Below, one piece after another: positions 1 through 12,811 of a DNA stretch of 64,000 nt. This DNA comes from Eledone cirrhosa (lineage: Eukaryota), in NCBI GenBank assembly GCA_964016885.1, contig OZ024743.1, positions 76,632,001 to 76,696,000 of the forward strand, in the 5' to 3' direction. The notes beneath the pieces are model-generated. The model made no database searches. It was not told where the DNA came from and was given only the letters and a program-made list of their open reading frames with translations. Every line of letters starts with the position of its first letter. The first letter of the stretch is position 1. The position numbers and the translations under genes were made by a program.

Positions 1-101
1 ATGAAAGTTTACAGTTTACAATTTCCGTATGAATTTAAACAAAAACTTACCGAGCGAGCTCAGCACATGTGTCCATCTAGATAGATAGATAGATAGATAG
101 A

Positions 102-3100
102 TTTCTTTATTAGCCACAAGAGCGCACAAGAAAAGGGGACAATACAAAGACATGCCGGGTATTTTACATACAGTCGTGTAAAAAATATAAAAACAAACAA
201 TTACAACAATCGAAATCCCCAATAGGTGGGGAGGCGCCACAAATGGGTTGTTTAATACCCCGTCGATAGAACAACCTTCAACTCCAGGAGCGTGTTGTGC
301 AAGTGCTCCTTTCCTTTTGCTCTCTTGCTCAACCTACAGGCTTATAAACAGAGAAGGCCCAATCACTCGGGCCATTTTTGCTTCATTCACCCACCTTTCA
401 GTAAATTTACTGGGGTGCAGTGCCTCTCTCTCCACCCTGATTCTCCTTCTAAAGTGATACTTAAAGAAGGGAATCAATTGTTGTCCGGAGAGAAAGGCAT
501 CTGTCCTCAGTCCTCTCAACCTCGTCCACCATATAACTTCTTTCACCATAGCCACCGTACAAAGGAAAACCGCCTCTCTTTCGTTTTTGAAAGAGGCTGG
601 CGGTTTGATCCTTACTATTGACTCGGCAGTTAACTGGATTTGTCCCATACGCGACAGCAGTTGTTCTGCATAGTTCCACAGGTCAGTTACGCCCGGGCAG
701 TGTACAATTGCGTGCAGGACTGTTTCAATGTCCTGCGCGCATCTTGGACACGTCCTCTTGGAAGGATCCCGACCGGGGCGTCCGTGCCTGTAGATCTTGT
801 CACGAACCAGTAGAGCTCCTCGGTAGCACTACCAGGCCAGGGACCTCTGGAAGTTGTCCATAGGTCCCGGGCGGAAAGTCCTACCAAATAGACTGGTGAG
901 CTCATCGTCTTTGACGCCCATTGTCTCTCCGAGCACTTCGTCGCCCTTGTAACGTACAATCCCTCTATAGAATGTCAAAGTGGAGTCTCCACTGATTGCT
1001 GCGCCCACTTGCCAGAGGACTGTGAGCGCCTGAGCGCATTCAATGTGCCAGGCGCCCATCGTTTTCGGTCTTTTCTTGAATAAGGACTGCAGCTCCGTCA
1101 GCGAGACGAGCTGTTGGAAAGCCTGTCTCACAAACGGTGCCCACACCGGTTGGGGGTCGGTGAGGAATACCTGGAGATGCCGCAGCCTCAGCGCATGTTT
1201 GCGCATCATCAGCCACGCATTCCCAGCCCTCCGTTGGAAGGGTGCTGACAGCAGACGGATCTCCTCACCAGCGGAGCCTGCTTCTTCCACAGAAACTGGA
1301 AGAGCATACGTTCCATCTTGGCGAGGTGTTCACGGGGACAAGGCACGACAGTCAAGCGGTAGTAGATGACGGACGCTATGAAAGTGTTCGCCACCTCCGC
1401 TCGACCTTTCAAGGACAGTTTGCACTCTGCCCACTTCTGGGTGAGTGCAAACACCTTGGCCGTGACCTCGTTCCAGTTTTTCTCCAACTGGAGGTCTGGA
1501 CCGAACCAGACCCCGAGCAATTTCACCGGTCCGTCTGTCCAGCGTCCAACGACGCTGTCGGACGTCATCAGTTAGCCTCTCCACGTACCGAGTTGCAAAC
1601 CGACAGACTTGTCCGGGTTTATTTTTGCTCCCGTTAGCGTTTCGTATTCTTTCAGTAAGTTGCCGATCACCCCGATTTCCGAGGTGCTCGACACCATTAC
1701 CGTCACGTCGCCGGCATAAGCCGACGCCGCTTTGCGCAGTCCTGGTTCTAGAGGGATGCCCTGCAACAGCTCCAATTTCCGCAGTAGTGGCTCCAGAGTC
1801 AATACATACGGAATGGAATAGAGAGGGCACTCCTGTCGAATGGAACGCGTGATTGCGAACGGCTCCGATAGGTAGCCGTTCACCTTGACCCTCGAGCAGA
1901 TGCTGGTGTGCATCGCCTCGATCCATCCTCTGAACACGGGACCGAAACCGGCCGCCTTGAGAACCACTTCCAAGTACCGATGGTCGACCCTATCGAATGC
2001 CTTAGACTGATCCAAGTTGATCAGAGCCCCACCGAAGCCGGGTTTACTACCCACCCTCTCTATGATGTATCACATGAGGTGGAGGTTGTCGTGTATGGAC
2101 CTGGTCGGGATTGCACACGTTTGCGCTTTCCCTACCAGGTTCTCGACGACAAGCGCCAACCTCGTCGCTAGCACCTTGGCCAAAATTTTAACTCTGTGTT
2201 GAGCAGAGTTATGGGCCTGAAGTTGTTAATTTCGTCCCCCTTGTTCTCGTCTTTCCTGATCAGCTTTACTACGCCCTTGCCTGCAGAACTAGGAATTCTC
2301 CCGTTCTGCTGCCAATTGTAGACGGCTTCGAGGACGCCAGAGAACAAGTCCGGCATGCCTATGTAAAGCTCGTAGGGTAGACCATCTACACCGGGTGACT
2401 TGCGTTTCCCGCAGCGGCCCAGAGCGTCCTGTATCTCAGTGTCCGTGATCGGTCTTTCGCAGAATTCGGCGTCCGTATTCGAGAGACGCGGCAGGCCGTC
2501 GAGGTATGAACTAAAGTCCATTGCCCCGTTCGGCTCACCGTCGTTCTGCTCAAACAGTCGCGCAAAGTGCCGCTGAAAGGCCGCGCACATTTGCTTGGGG
2601 TCAAGTAGCACGCGTCTGTTTTGGTCTTTCAAAGACCGAATTGTGGACTTGTTGCCACTTTTTTCCTCCGCCACTCGGGCCCAGCTGACAGCTTTCGCTC
2701 CTTCGTTTCCTAGAGCGCGTGTTTTGCTTCTGACCACGCAGCCTTCGTGTTTCGCATCGAAGAACTGGTCCAGTGCCGTTCTCGACGCTAACACTCTAGC
2801 CGCGTTGCCACTTCTAAGTGCCTCTTCTACCTTGGCTACTAGTTCTCTTTCTATTCTGTTTTTCTCTAAGGCTAACTCTCTGCTATACCCTATCGATTCT
2901 ATTCTAATTGCTTTCTTGAGAGAGTACCACCATCTATTGTTGACGATGGCTCCCGTTAACTGTTGCTTGACTAGTCTACTTATCCGTTCACTGTAAGCTT
3001 TACGTGCCGGCAACGACACGTTCAGCTTCCAGTATCCGGGACCCTGTCTATGTATTCTATCACGGTTGACTAAGCAGACGACTAACTTGTGATCTGAATA

Positions 3101-3259
3101 GGCAACCATGTGCATTCGTGGACAGCTTAACATCTCCTTGTCCCTTTCTCTAATGAAGAACCTATCTAAATACGATCTAGGATGTCCCACTGCGGTTTGC
3201 TCACGTCCACTGTGGTGCAGTCGGGAAATCCACTCGATACCTATCGGCCAGTTGGAATT
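102..3259 (-). mobile_element. 5'-truncated Tx1/L1-clade non-LTR retrotransposon; ORF2 broken by frameshifts and stops
   Basis: Minus-strand ORF pieces give the APE endonuclease C-terminus (SYLDRFF..SDHKLV, GPGYWKLN), RT motifs (KSPGVDGLPYELY, NFRPITLLN, LDQSKAFDRVDH, AYAGD in place of AYADD, KLLGVWFG) and a C-terminal CCHC knuckle (CPRC..ETVLHAIVHC, ~695-760). The 3' UTR ends in AATAAA next to (GATA)n. Confidence 0.92.
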
Positions 3260-3331
3260 GATAGATAGATAGATAGATAGGTAGGTCGGGCTATATATAT
3301 CTATATCTATCTCTCTCTCTCTCTCTCTCTC

Positions 3332-3372
<41 letters not shown>

Positions 3373-3375
<3 letters not shown>

Positions 3376-4496
3376 CACATCACCAACACCTTCCAGGGTC
3401 CCAACGGCCACTCTCTCTCTGTCCGGCACGCCTTCCGCTGCACCTCCTCCAACCTAGTCTATGGACTTCGCTGTACAGTGTGCAGCGCAACCTATGTCGT
3501 ACAGACAGGACGTCGCAGTCTGTGGCCTACTCCAATACCATGAAACAACCGCCACCCGCCTCACGGTCGAACAACGCACCATCTTCACCCTACACACCCA
3601 CCCACCCCCCCGGTCTGAACTCCCCACCCCTATTCCTTTAGTCTTCGACACCCCCCCCCCCCCCACACACACACATATCCCCCACTAACACCGCTAACAC
3701 ACTCCTTCTTTTCACCGCCCCACCCCCTTGGCCCACTCCACAACTAACAATAATAACACCCCACCCCACCTCCTCTACTGCTATCACTTCATCCTGCCTT
3801 GACCCTCTGAACATTTCCTGTTGCGCGAGCACCCCACATCTCTCCACTTCCGACCACCACAACCAATGGATTCCACACCACCGGTCATCGTTCCAGCTAT
3901 CCACTCCATAACATGAATAATATCCAGCCGCTCATCGCACACTCCACGGAACTACCTTAGGAACTTACCCACGAACATTTTTTTTCGAACCACGCCACCT
4001 ACATCCACACCACGTATAAACACAAACACACACGTGCGTACCCCCACATATGCACACTCAGCCTCTGGAATCCCCCCACCCACACGCACGCACACACCTT
4101 TTCCTGAACATGGAACCTCGTTCTTCCCCCACCTCTCACATTCACATACACACGCACACACACGTACACCTTCACACATACACAAACACCACCTCCCCCG
4201 CTCGGACCCCCGCCTCCTTCTCCCAACTCCACCGCCACCACCCCTCACGCCTCACACCCTTCCACCACTTGTTTATTTTTATGTTTATTTTTATTTTTAT
4301 TTTTATTTGTACTCCTTCCATCGTTTTTCCTCCATTTGCTCTTCCCTCCCCCACACACCCTCGGAACTCTCTTCCTACCCACTTTTCTCCTGATGAAGGG
4401 CTTATGCCCGAAACGTCCCCTCCCCCACTCTCAAAAGTGTGAACCTAATAAACTCTTATTTGTACTGCCTCTCTGTTTTTGTTCTCGTCCAAGTTT

Positions 4497-4500
<4 letters not shown>
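3373..4500 (+). mobile_element. Penelope-like element 3' fragment: decayed GIY-YIG endonuclease plus 3' repeat with hammerhead
   Basis: Translation from ~3430 gives FRCTSSNLVYGLRCTVCSATYVVQTGR and later RLTVEQRTIFTLHT, matching PLE GIY-YIG. Followed by a hammerhead core at 4390 and AATAAA at ~4447; bounded by (TA)n on both sides. Confidence 0.75.
4380..4440 (+). ncRNA. minimal type-I hammerhead ribozyme
   Basis: CTGATGA(4390)-A-GGGC-TTAT-GCCC-GAAAC-GTC; stem III palindrome ACGT; stem I poorly resolved. Confidence 0.7.
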
Positions 4501-4549
<49 letters not shown>

Positions 4550-4968
4550 TAACTAAGATGTAATGATTATGACCCACAACTACCAGTGATAGGCTATTGT
4601 CTATCGTTGCTTTAACACAGAAATATTATTTGACGGTGTTGTGTTTAATTGTGTATCCACCAATAAAATACACATTTCTCCCAAATATAAATAAACAAAT
4701 AATATAAAAAATAAAATAAACCAAACAGCCGCCCCGTCACTGGACAGGACACTTTATCACCAACAGGGTCCACTTTCTTTGAACTGGTAGGGAAGGTTTC
4801 TGAACAAATGACATTTAGTAAGTCTTACAAAATGTCATGTCTCCGGCATATCTCACCTGAATGTGAAGCAACTGATCCCAGCCATGTCATCACTAATTAC
4901 AACACGATGTGTTTCGAACAACCTACCAACAGTGGATCCACTTCTGTATTTCTCATATCTTATATACA

Positions 4969-5116
<148 letters not shown>

Positions 5117-5268
5117 CAGGGCCGTCTTAACAGCATTATAGGCCCCCGGGCAAAGCAGAGCACTGGGGCCCTTACCTACACAACCACTCACAGGAATAAA
5201 AATGGGTCCCCTATCCTCGTGGGGCCCCCGGGCAACTGCCCAGCGTCCCATGCGTTAAGACGGCCCTG
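5117..5268. mobile_element. 152-bp MITE with hAT-like termini, in (TA)n
   Basis: Perfect 15-bp TIR CAGGGCCGTCTTAAC...GTTAAGACGGCCCTG; flanks TATATATA on both sides. Confidence 0.8.
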
Positions 5269-5590
5269 TATATATATATTCCTTGTGGTTTAAATAAGAT
5301 AGGTATTTCTCACTAATACCCTTACCCTAAAATTTTATTTTCCTTCGTTTTTAACAATATTATTTAATAACATCAAATTGTCGTGTACCCTTTACTATCT
5401 TCTTGACTTGACCTCATTTCATCTCCATAGTATTCTTTTCATTCAAAGCATAAGTCTGCACTCCTAGATTTAATTTCTACTACTGTCATTCTATCAACTT
5501 GACCTCTAACTCGTTTTCTATTGGTCAATTCAAAACCTGTTCCCAAACAGACCCTTTATATTAATTCTTTGTTTTTTCAATAAACACATC

Positions 5591-5726
5591 TCATCATTTC
5601 TGAGGACGGCATGTATATGTGAAGGTATGTATATTTCCTCTGATAATTTGTAATATTTTTACATAGATCTATATAATATACATACCAACACACATATACA
5701 TCCCAGAAACGATCGTAAAAAAATGA
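5591..5726 (+). ncRNA. hammerhead ribozyme with long stem II, inside a ~500-bp PLE-type repeat (5280-5780)
   Basis: TCATTT-CTGAGGA-[ATGTATATGTG/CACATATACAT and GGTATGTATAT/ATATACATACC helices]-GAA-ACGATCGT-A-AAAAAATGA; homologous copy at 49887-50022. Confidence 0.75.
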
Positions 5727-5778
5727 ATTTTTTAATATAAAGAACTTGTTCTTTGTGTTTATTTCATTGTTTTTATTA

Positions 5779-5847
<69 letters not shown>

Positions 5848-5885
5848 AATATATATACAGTATATATATATATATATATGTGTGC

Positions 5886-6008
<123 letters not shown>

Positions 6009-6069
6009 GTATAAAAGAGAAAACACAGGTAAGCATTAAGAGGAGGATTTTATCCAGGTATTCTCTAAC

Positions 6070-6105
<36 letters not shown>

Positions 6106-6110
6106 TATAT

Positions 6111-6870
6111 CTTAGTCTTAGGTTCTTCCGCGCCGTTCGGCACATCGAGCAGTAAGTACTCGCCAACGGTCACGATCAGCCGCGGCTTTTTCACGTCAGT
6201 CGCCAGGTGGAGTCCAGTTCATCACTGTTTTTGAGTGTCGTTCGTCGGGCAGGTGCAGAATATGGCCAGCCAGGCAGCACCGGCGCTCCGTGACCATCCT
6301 CGGTAGCGTCCACGACTCGGCTATCTGCAGGATTTCCTCGTTTCGGACTTGGTCTCACCAGAACACACGAAGGATCCTTCGCAGGCACCGCTGGTGGAAA
6401 GTGTTCAGGCGTCTCTCTATCTTTGCTGTGCTCGTCCAGGTTTCGCTCGCGTAAAGCACTGTCGGCAGCACGATGCTATTGTACTGGCGCAGCTTGGTTC
6501 TGGTGCTGATGCATGAAGACGACCAGACTGGGTGCAACCGCTGGAAAATTGCGACTCCTTTGCCGATCTGACAGTTGATGTCGAGCTCTGCGTCGCCATT
6601 GCTTGCCAGGATGCTGCCCAAATAGGTGAAGAGATCGACTTCCTCCAGGTTTTATTGGTTAACTCTGATCACTGGACCTGTGTTGTTGGCTTTTCTCACC
6701 ACATTGATCTTTTTGGTGTTGATTCTCAGGTCGATCTTTTTCGCACTTTCTTGCAGAGAGGCTGAAGATCTGCACTTTCTTCAGCGATCAAAGCGATGTT
6801 GTCGGCGAATGCCAGGTCCCTCAGCCTCGACTGGCCTCTCCATGGGATTCCTCTGTCCGCCTTAGAATGA
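6111..6870 (-). mobile_element. RTE-clade LINE 3' fragment (RT C-terminus), degenerate
   Basis: YLGSILASNG..DINCQIGKG..FQRL..VW..TKLRQYNSIVLPTVLYASETW is typical of RTE RT; short (CTAAGA)2 tail at ~6111-6121. Confidence 0.8.
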
Positions 6871-6872
6871 AA

Positions 6873-6904
<32 letters not shown>

Positions 6905-7376
6905 CGAAATATATACGAAATATATATATCGTTTTCGGTACGCCCGGCCGACTAACTCACTCGATATGCAAATTAGGCTGCTCAGCCGTTAATATGCATA
7001 AGGAAAGTATATACTTTCAAACGTTCAATCATCTGACAGAAAGGTATACGATGCTGACGATAGCTAATAATCTTGAAACTAGTACATCGTTCCTGTGTCA
7101 GTGTTGTACAAAGGGGCGACGATGGTTTCCGAGCACTGTACGCCGTAATTCGGGCTGTTTGTTTACAAACAAACCGAACGTTATAATAAATGTTCGGTAG
7201 ACCCATACGTACACATATATATATATGTGTGCATGTATATATACATATATATATATGTGTGCATGTATATATACACATACTACTGTACGTCTGTACACAT
7301 ATATGTATGTACGTATACATATTTAGGTATCAGCCGTACTAAGAGTGAGAAATGAAATTTCGTTTCATTCTTTTCC

Positions 7377-7382
<6 letters not shown>
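6905..7382 (+). mobile_element. non-coding PLE-type repeat carrying a hammerhead; related copy inverted at 60730-61170
   Basis: Shared sequence (ATATGCAAATTAGGCTGCTCAGC..., CAGCCGTACTAAGAGTGAGAAATGAAATTTCGTTTCA) with the 60.7-61.2 kb copy; flanked by (TA)n. Confidence 0.7.
7048..7090 (+). ncRNA. hammerhead ribozyme
   Basis: ACGATG-CTGACGA-TAGCTAATAATCTT-GAA-ACTAGT-A-CATCGT; 6-bp stem I, palindromic stem III ACTAGT, GUA site. Confidence 0.8.
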
Positions 7383-7445
<63 letters not shown>

Positions 7446-7510
7446 CGCGCGTGTTGTGTGTGTGTTGTGTGTGTGTGTGTGTGTGTGTGTTTGCGTGTAT
7501 ATATATATAT

Positions 7511-7690
7511 AATTGTTTCTACTTTTGGCACAAGGCCAGCAATTATCCAGTGCATTACTGGCACTTTATTTTATCGACCCCGTAAGGATGAAAGGTAAAG
7601 TTAAGCTCGGCAGGATTTGACCTCAGAACGTAAAGGGGCATAACTCTATGCTGTAAAGCATGGTGTCTGACGCTCTACCGATACTGCCAA
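7511..7690 (-). mobile_element. tRNA-derived SINE (octopus-type family)
   Basis: Reverse complement has A-box/B-box-like head and body CCTTTCATCCTTACGGGGTCGATAAAATAAAGT..CTTGTGCCAAAAGTAGAAAC, repeated about 10 times in the window. Confidence 0.8.
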
Positions 7691-7749
7691 GTAGTTACGA
7701 GGTGTCAGACTATCATCATTAAGTTTATTAAGGTGTGATGTGTTCCATG

Positions 7750-8680
7750 ATTGATCAACTCAAGGTTCCTACTATACTTAAACGGACCCACCTATGCATC
7801 GGAAGGGTCATCTGAAGTTTTGTAATAAAACCTATCATGGAAACTGTCCTAAGGAGTGGGGAATCTCTGGTCTAATGGCAATACCGAAGAAAAGTAACTT
7901 AACAAAACAGTCAATCACTGAGGTATCTCCCATCACCACCACCAGAATTCGGCCTGTTATCAAGGAGGTGTCACGTCCAAATCAAAATGTTTTTCACCAA
8001 GGTCGCTCTACCACTTCCTTGCTCTTTGCCGTATAGTAGAAGAACTCTGAAACCATGGCATAGGAGCTGTATTAAGCATTTACAGATTTCCGAAAGACCT
8101 TAGACTTCTTCCATTGCAAGAAAGTGCGACATTACACCTGATGTAGTCAACACTATCCGAATCATGTTTCGAGAATACTTCACCCAGATGGTTAGATTGA
8201 TGCATTCAACATCAATACAGACGTTCTCCGGGGTGAGCCTCTCGCCTCCTTCTTCTTCATCATCTGTTTAGACTATACATTACACATTTCAATCACTGAA
8301 ACCCATGGCCTGACACAGAGACAACCTTGTAGTTTGCCGTCATCCTGCCCGTCATCCTGTTGCCTGACACCAAGACAACGTTGTAGTTTGCCGTCATATT
8401 GCCGTCATCCTGTCCAAGTCATAACTAATCTTAACTACACTGACGATATCGTGCTTCTCGAAAATATAATCGAAGCTGCGAAAGATCTTCTCATCAGAAC
8501 TGAGAAGACATGCCAGGGTGTTGGTCTGTTTCAGAATGGACCCAAGACGAAGTACAAACACTTGAGCCCATCAACCAATGATCGCTGTGATTTCAAGTAT
8601 CTAAGTGGTTACAGTGATTCTGGCGGCGATATGGATGTCAGGATTGTTCAGTCGTGGAGTGCATTTTATAAGTTGGAGCT
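7750..8680 (+). pseudogene. heavily decayed RTE-like reverse transcriptase fragment
   Basis: Remnant motifs IPKKSNL, RPNQNVFHQGRSTT, LNYTDDIVLL, DFKYL in different frames. Confidence 0.6.
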
Positions 8681-9526
8681 TTGTTTCTTGGGAATATATT
8701 TTATGTAGCAGATACGTTAGACAACTCTTGAAGTTTCCATCTTGGATAATAAACGTTATTTGTCTTCTTCATCTCCCTCTGGGTGTTGGGTAGGGGCTAT
8801 GAAAGAACTTTAGGGAAACAAATATTGGATCTCCTTTGGACAAATTGTGAGGGGGAAATAATAAACAAGAATAAAAGGAAAGTAGAGGGAATTTTATCAG
8901 TGAAATAATGTAGGGGACAAAATAGGAATATAAAAGGGAAGACTGCAATTTGACATTTAGGGACCTTATATTTGATGAAGTGTAAATTGGAAACGGCACT
9001 ATCAATAGAAACGGTGTAAAAACATTACTTCAAAGAGAACTGATTCAAGAGATCGGCTTTATATATTCTCCATTAAAAAGGGCAGACAGTTGATGTGTCC
9101 TTCTTCAAGCTAACAGTAGGTGGTTGTGTATAGGTTACATTTGTCTAATGCAGTTAATAAATGTTTTGATAGAGAACTTACGTAAATTCCAAACTCAATA
9201 GAATACACTTAAGATGGCTGCGTGAGATGTTATCGAATTGTAAATAGCAGACGACAAAAAAATGCACCAAAATTTACCACAATTTTATTTCTTTGTAAGT
9301 TTAATTAATCCGGTGAGCAAAATGTCTCGTATGAAAGAGCTAAAAAGAAGAAAAAAATGATCATTTCTTTGATCTAACCGACAGTTAATTAAGAGGTATA
9401 TAACAGTTCTCTGTGCGACATCACCGATCGTTTCCCAAAGATCCAGTAAATTTACTGTCTCTTTTATTTCTTTTTTTTTCTTTTTCTTCTTCGTATTAGT
9501 TTTAATATTGTAGCCAATGCTACACT

Positions 9527-9785
9527 GTTGTTGTTGTTGTTGCTGTTGTTGTTGTTGTTGTTGTTGTTGTGTTGTTGTTGTTGTAACTATGGCTGTTTGT
9601 AACTGTTGTTGTTGTTGTAACTGTTATTGTTGTTGTAACTTGTTGTTGTTGTAACTTTTGTTGTTGTACCTGTTATTGTATCTGTTGTTGTAACTGATGT
9701 TATTGTAACTATTGTTGTTGTAACTGTTGTAGCTTTTATTGTAACTATTGCTGTTGTTACTATTGCTGTTGTAACAGTTGTTGTA
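9527..9785. repeat. (TTG)n microsatellite and derived GTAACTGTTGTT-type repeat
   Basis: Direct reading of the sequence. Confidence 0.9.
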
Positions 9786-9977
9786 CGTCTCAAATGTTAC
9801 TATGGTAACTTCTATTCGCCCTCACTGGAATGTCTTCTCAGGAATGTCATCTTCCAAACAGTTTTACATTTATATCTCCGTAGACTTTCAAACAGGTCTT
9901 CCTTACTAAATTTCAAACAAATACTCTTAGCATTCATATTTACCTCTCCACTCTAGCAATGAATGCTACATGTATAT

Positions 9978-10611
9978 ATTGTTTCTACTTTGGGCACAAG
10001 GCCAGCAAATACTCAGTTCATTACTGGTACTTTATTTTATCGACCCCGTAAGGATGAAAGGCAAAGTTAACCTCGGCGGATTTGAACTCAGATGGCAAGG
10101 GCCGTAACTCTATGCGTCAAAGCATGGCGTCCGACTCTCTACTGATACTGCCAATCCACCGCTAGAAGTGGTCTTCATTAAACGGCTTTATTTTTAAGGG
10201 TGGAGGATTGGCAGAATCGGTAGAGCATCGGACAAACTGCTTCGTGGAATAGAGTTACGGCCCTTTATGTTCTGAGTTCAAATCTTGCTGCGGTTAGCGT
10301 TGCCTTTCATCCTTACGGGGCGATAAAATAAAGTACCAGTCACGCACTGGAGTGGATTTAATCGACTTTCCCCCTCCCCTAAAATTGATGACCTTGTGCC
10401 TAAATCAGAAACCATTATTAAGGGGATAAACAGAAAGTGGTGGATTGGCAGTATCGGTAGAGCGTCGGACAAAGTGCTTTGTAGCATTTAATTATGGCCC
10501 TATATGTTTTTGAGTTAAAATCCCACCGTCGGCAACTTTACCTTTCATCCCTTTGAGGACGATAAATAAAGTACCAGTCTGGTTTTGGGGTCGATTCTTC
10601 TCTCTCTCTCC

Positions 10612-10681
<70 letters not shown>

Positions 10682-11323
10682 CTCTCTCTCTCTCCGTCTC
10701 TGGAAGAAATCGGCTGTGATCATATCTAGAGAGGAGATGGACACCACTATGTTTATAGTACCCAAGAAACGCCGCTGTATGTCCCTACGGTACCCCTAAG
10801 ACTTTATCAGTAGTTATGGGTCCATACATATATACGTTAAAGGAACAGATAGGGGTGTAGATTGGCAGTAACGGTAGAGCATCGGATAAAATGCTTTGTG
10901 GCATTTAGTTACAGAAGTCAACTTTGTCTTTCATCTTTTTAGGGGTCGATATAATAAAGTACCAGTCAAGTACCGGGGTCGATATAATAAAGTCCTCCTT
11001 CCCCCTAAATTTCTATCCTTTTGCCTAAATTAGAAACCCTTATTAAGAGGATAACTGAAGGTACAGGTCCCCTAATTATTTTATTACGTCACTTTAAATA
11101 CCGCCAAGATCGATTTTGTCTTTCGTTTGTTTGTGATCGATAAATAACTGTTTCTACTTTTGGCACAAGGCCAGCAATTACCCCAGTGTATTACTGGTAC
11201 TTTATTTTATCGACTCCGTAAGGATGACAAGCAAAGTTAACCTTGACGGGATTTGAACTCAGTTTGTAAAGGGACGTAACTCTATGCTGCATAAAATGGC
11301 GTCTGACCCTCTAACGATACTAC
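9978..11323. mobile_element. cluster of five copies of the tRNA-derived SINE: 9978-10162 (-), 10198-10420 (+), 10437-10595 (+), 10852-11045 (+), 11168-11323 (-)
   Basis: Each has a GATTGGCAGTATCGGTAGAGC-like head and a CCTTTCATCC..GATAAAATAAAGTACCAGT body. Confidence 0.8.
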
Positions 11324-11924
11324 AATAAAACAGTGATTGGCTTCCTGGTGGAAGGATATAACCAATCAACGACGCTATTATTCACAAGTTGCCATATAAA
11401 AATCAAGAAAATAAATATATCATGTCTGAACAGGTGCGAATGCATCTGATTATAGGCTTGCTCAATCGGGGTTTATCTGGGACCGAATAACAATAACAAC
11501 AACAATAAAATCAACAATAACAACAGCAATGTATCGTTTCATCTAGGTACGATATATAGTTAAATAAAAGTAAATAATATATTGCCTTGTTATGATTAGA
11601 GGCTAACTGAACTCAACAACACAAACCATAGAAATGAGATATCACATGTCACTAATTGATGTATAAACAGTCACGCAGGGGACGTCTTTTCTACTACTTC
11701 AATGTGAGTATCGCTACCAAAATTCGACTAACTCTTCAGATAAGACAGCTTTTAGTAGTTTGACGCTGACTGGTAACTCTATATATATATATTATCACAA
11801 GGGTCTTTACTTTTACGGAGTTTACATGTTCACTACAGTACTAACAAATCACATACGCACTGAAACACACACCTACATCACACACGCACACTCGCAGCCG
11901 CACATATACATACACTAAGTCACT

Positions 11925-12135
11925 TACCCACACATATACCTACACTCACCCACACATATACCTACACTCGCCCACACATATACCTACACTCGCCCACATA
12001 TATACTTACACTCACCCACACATATACCTACACTAACCCACACATAAACCTTCGCGCACGCACCCACTCACACATAAACCTATGCACAGGCACTCGCGTA
12101 CCCACACATACACCTACGCCCACGCACGCAGCCAC
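11925..12135. repeat. 22-bp minisatellite (CCCACACATATACCTACACTCA)
   Basis: About 8 degenerate tandem copies. Confidence 0.8.
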
Positions 12136-12534
12136 ACATATATGCAGACACAGCCACGGACACATACACAACAACAACAACATTAACAATGATAAACATT
12201 AAAAAAAAGCCCAGAAAACTAAACATGTTTCTGAGGTCAGATATCTAGATATGGCCCTAGTTGTTGGTATGAAGACTTTGTGATGTAAACCTAACAGGAC
12301 ACACATCATTTATTTATTATTTAGATATTTAGATATTTAAACGTCCGTATAGGGCTAGTAAGCCATGACAGATTCAGGGAAGTGTCAAGCACTCCGAATG
12401 GAAAATAGATTTTTTAAATAAAATAAAATTAAGAAAATCAATAACTTTATCTTTAAGAACCAACAAGGAAACCTGTACATGGTCACCCAGCCTGCTATAA
12501 ACAGCAGCCAATTTTTCATCAAACTACACCCTGT

Positions 12535-12811
12535 CTGTTCTAAGCTGAAGGCTTATCAGGTGGGTGCTTATCCCCGGTTTCCTTAGCATTAAGCAATTGA
12601 AAGTACAAGACTCTCCCTGGATAGGACACCAATTCACTGCAGGATTAACTCTCCAGCTCTGTTGGTACTCACTCTCAGCTGAGTGTACTGGAGCAGTGTG
12701 AAATAAAGTGTCTTGTTCAAGAACACAACACAGCAGCCTGTCTAGGAATTGAACTGATGACATTAACATTGTACAGTAAACATCCTAACCATTAGGCCAT
12801 ACACCTTCACA
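12535..12811 (-). mobile_element. second tRNA-derived SINE family (Nin-domain-like body)
   Basis: Reverse complement starts GTGAAGGTGTATGGCCTAATGGTTAGG (A box) and has a TGTGTTCTTGAACAAGACACTT..CTCCAGTACACTCAGCTG body; homologue at 26608-26870. Confidence 0.75.
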
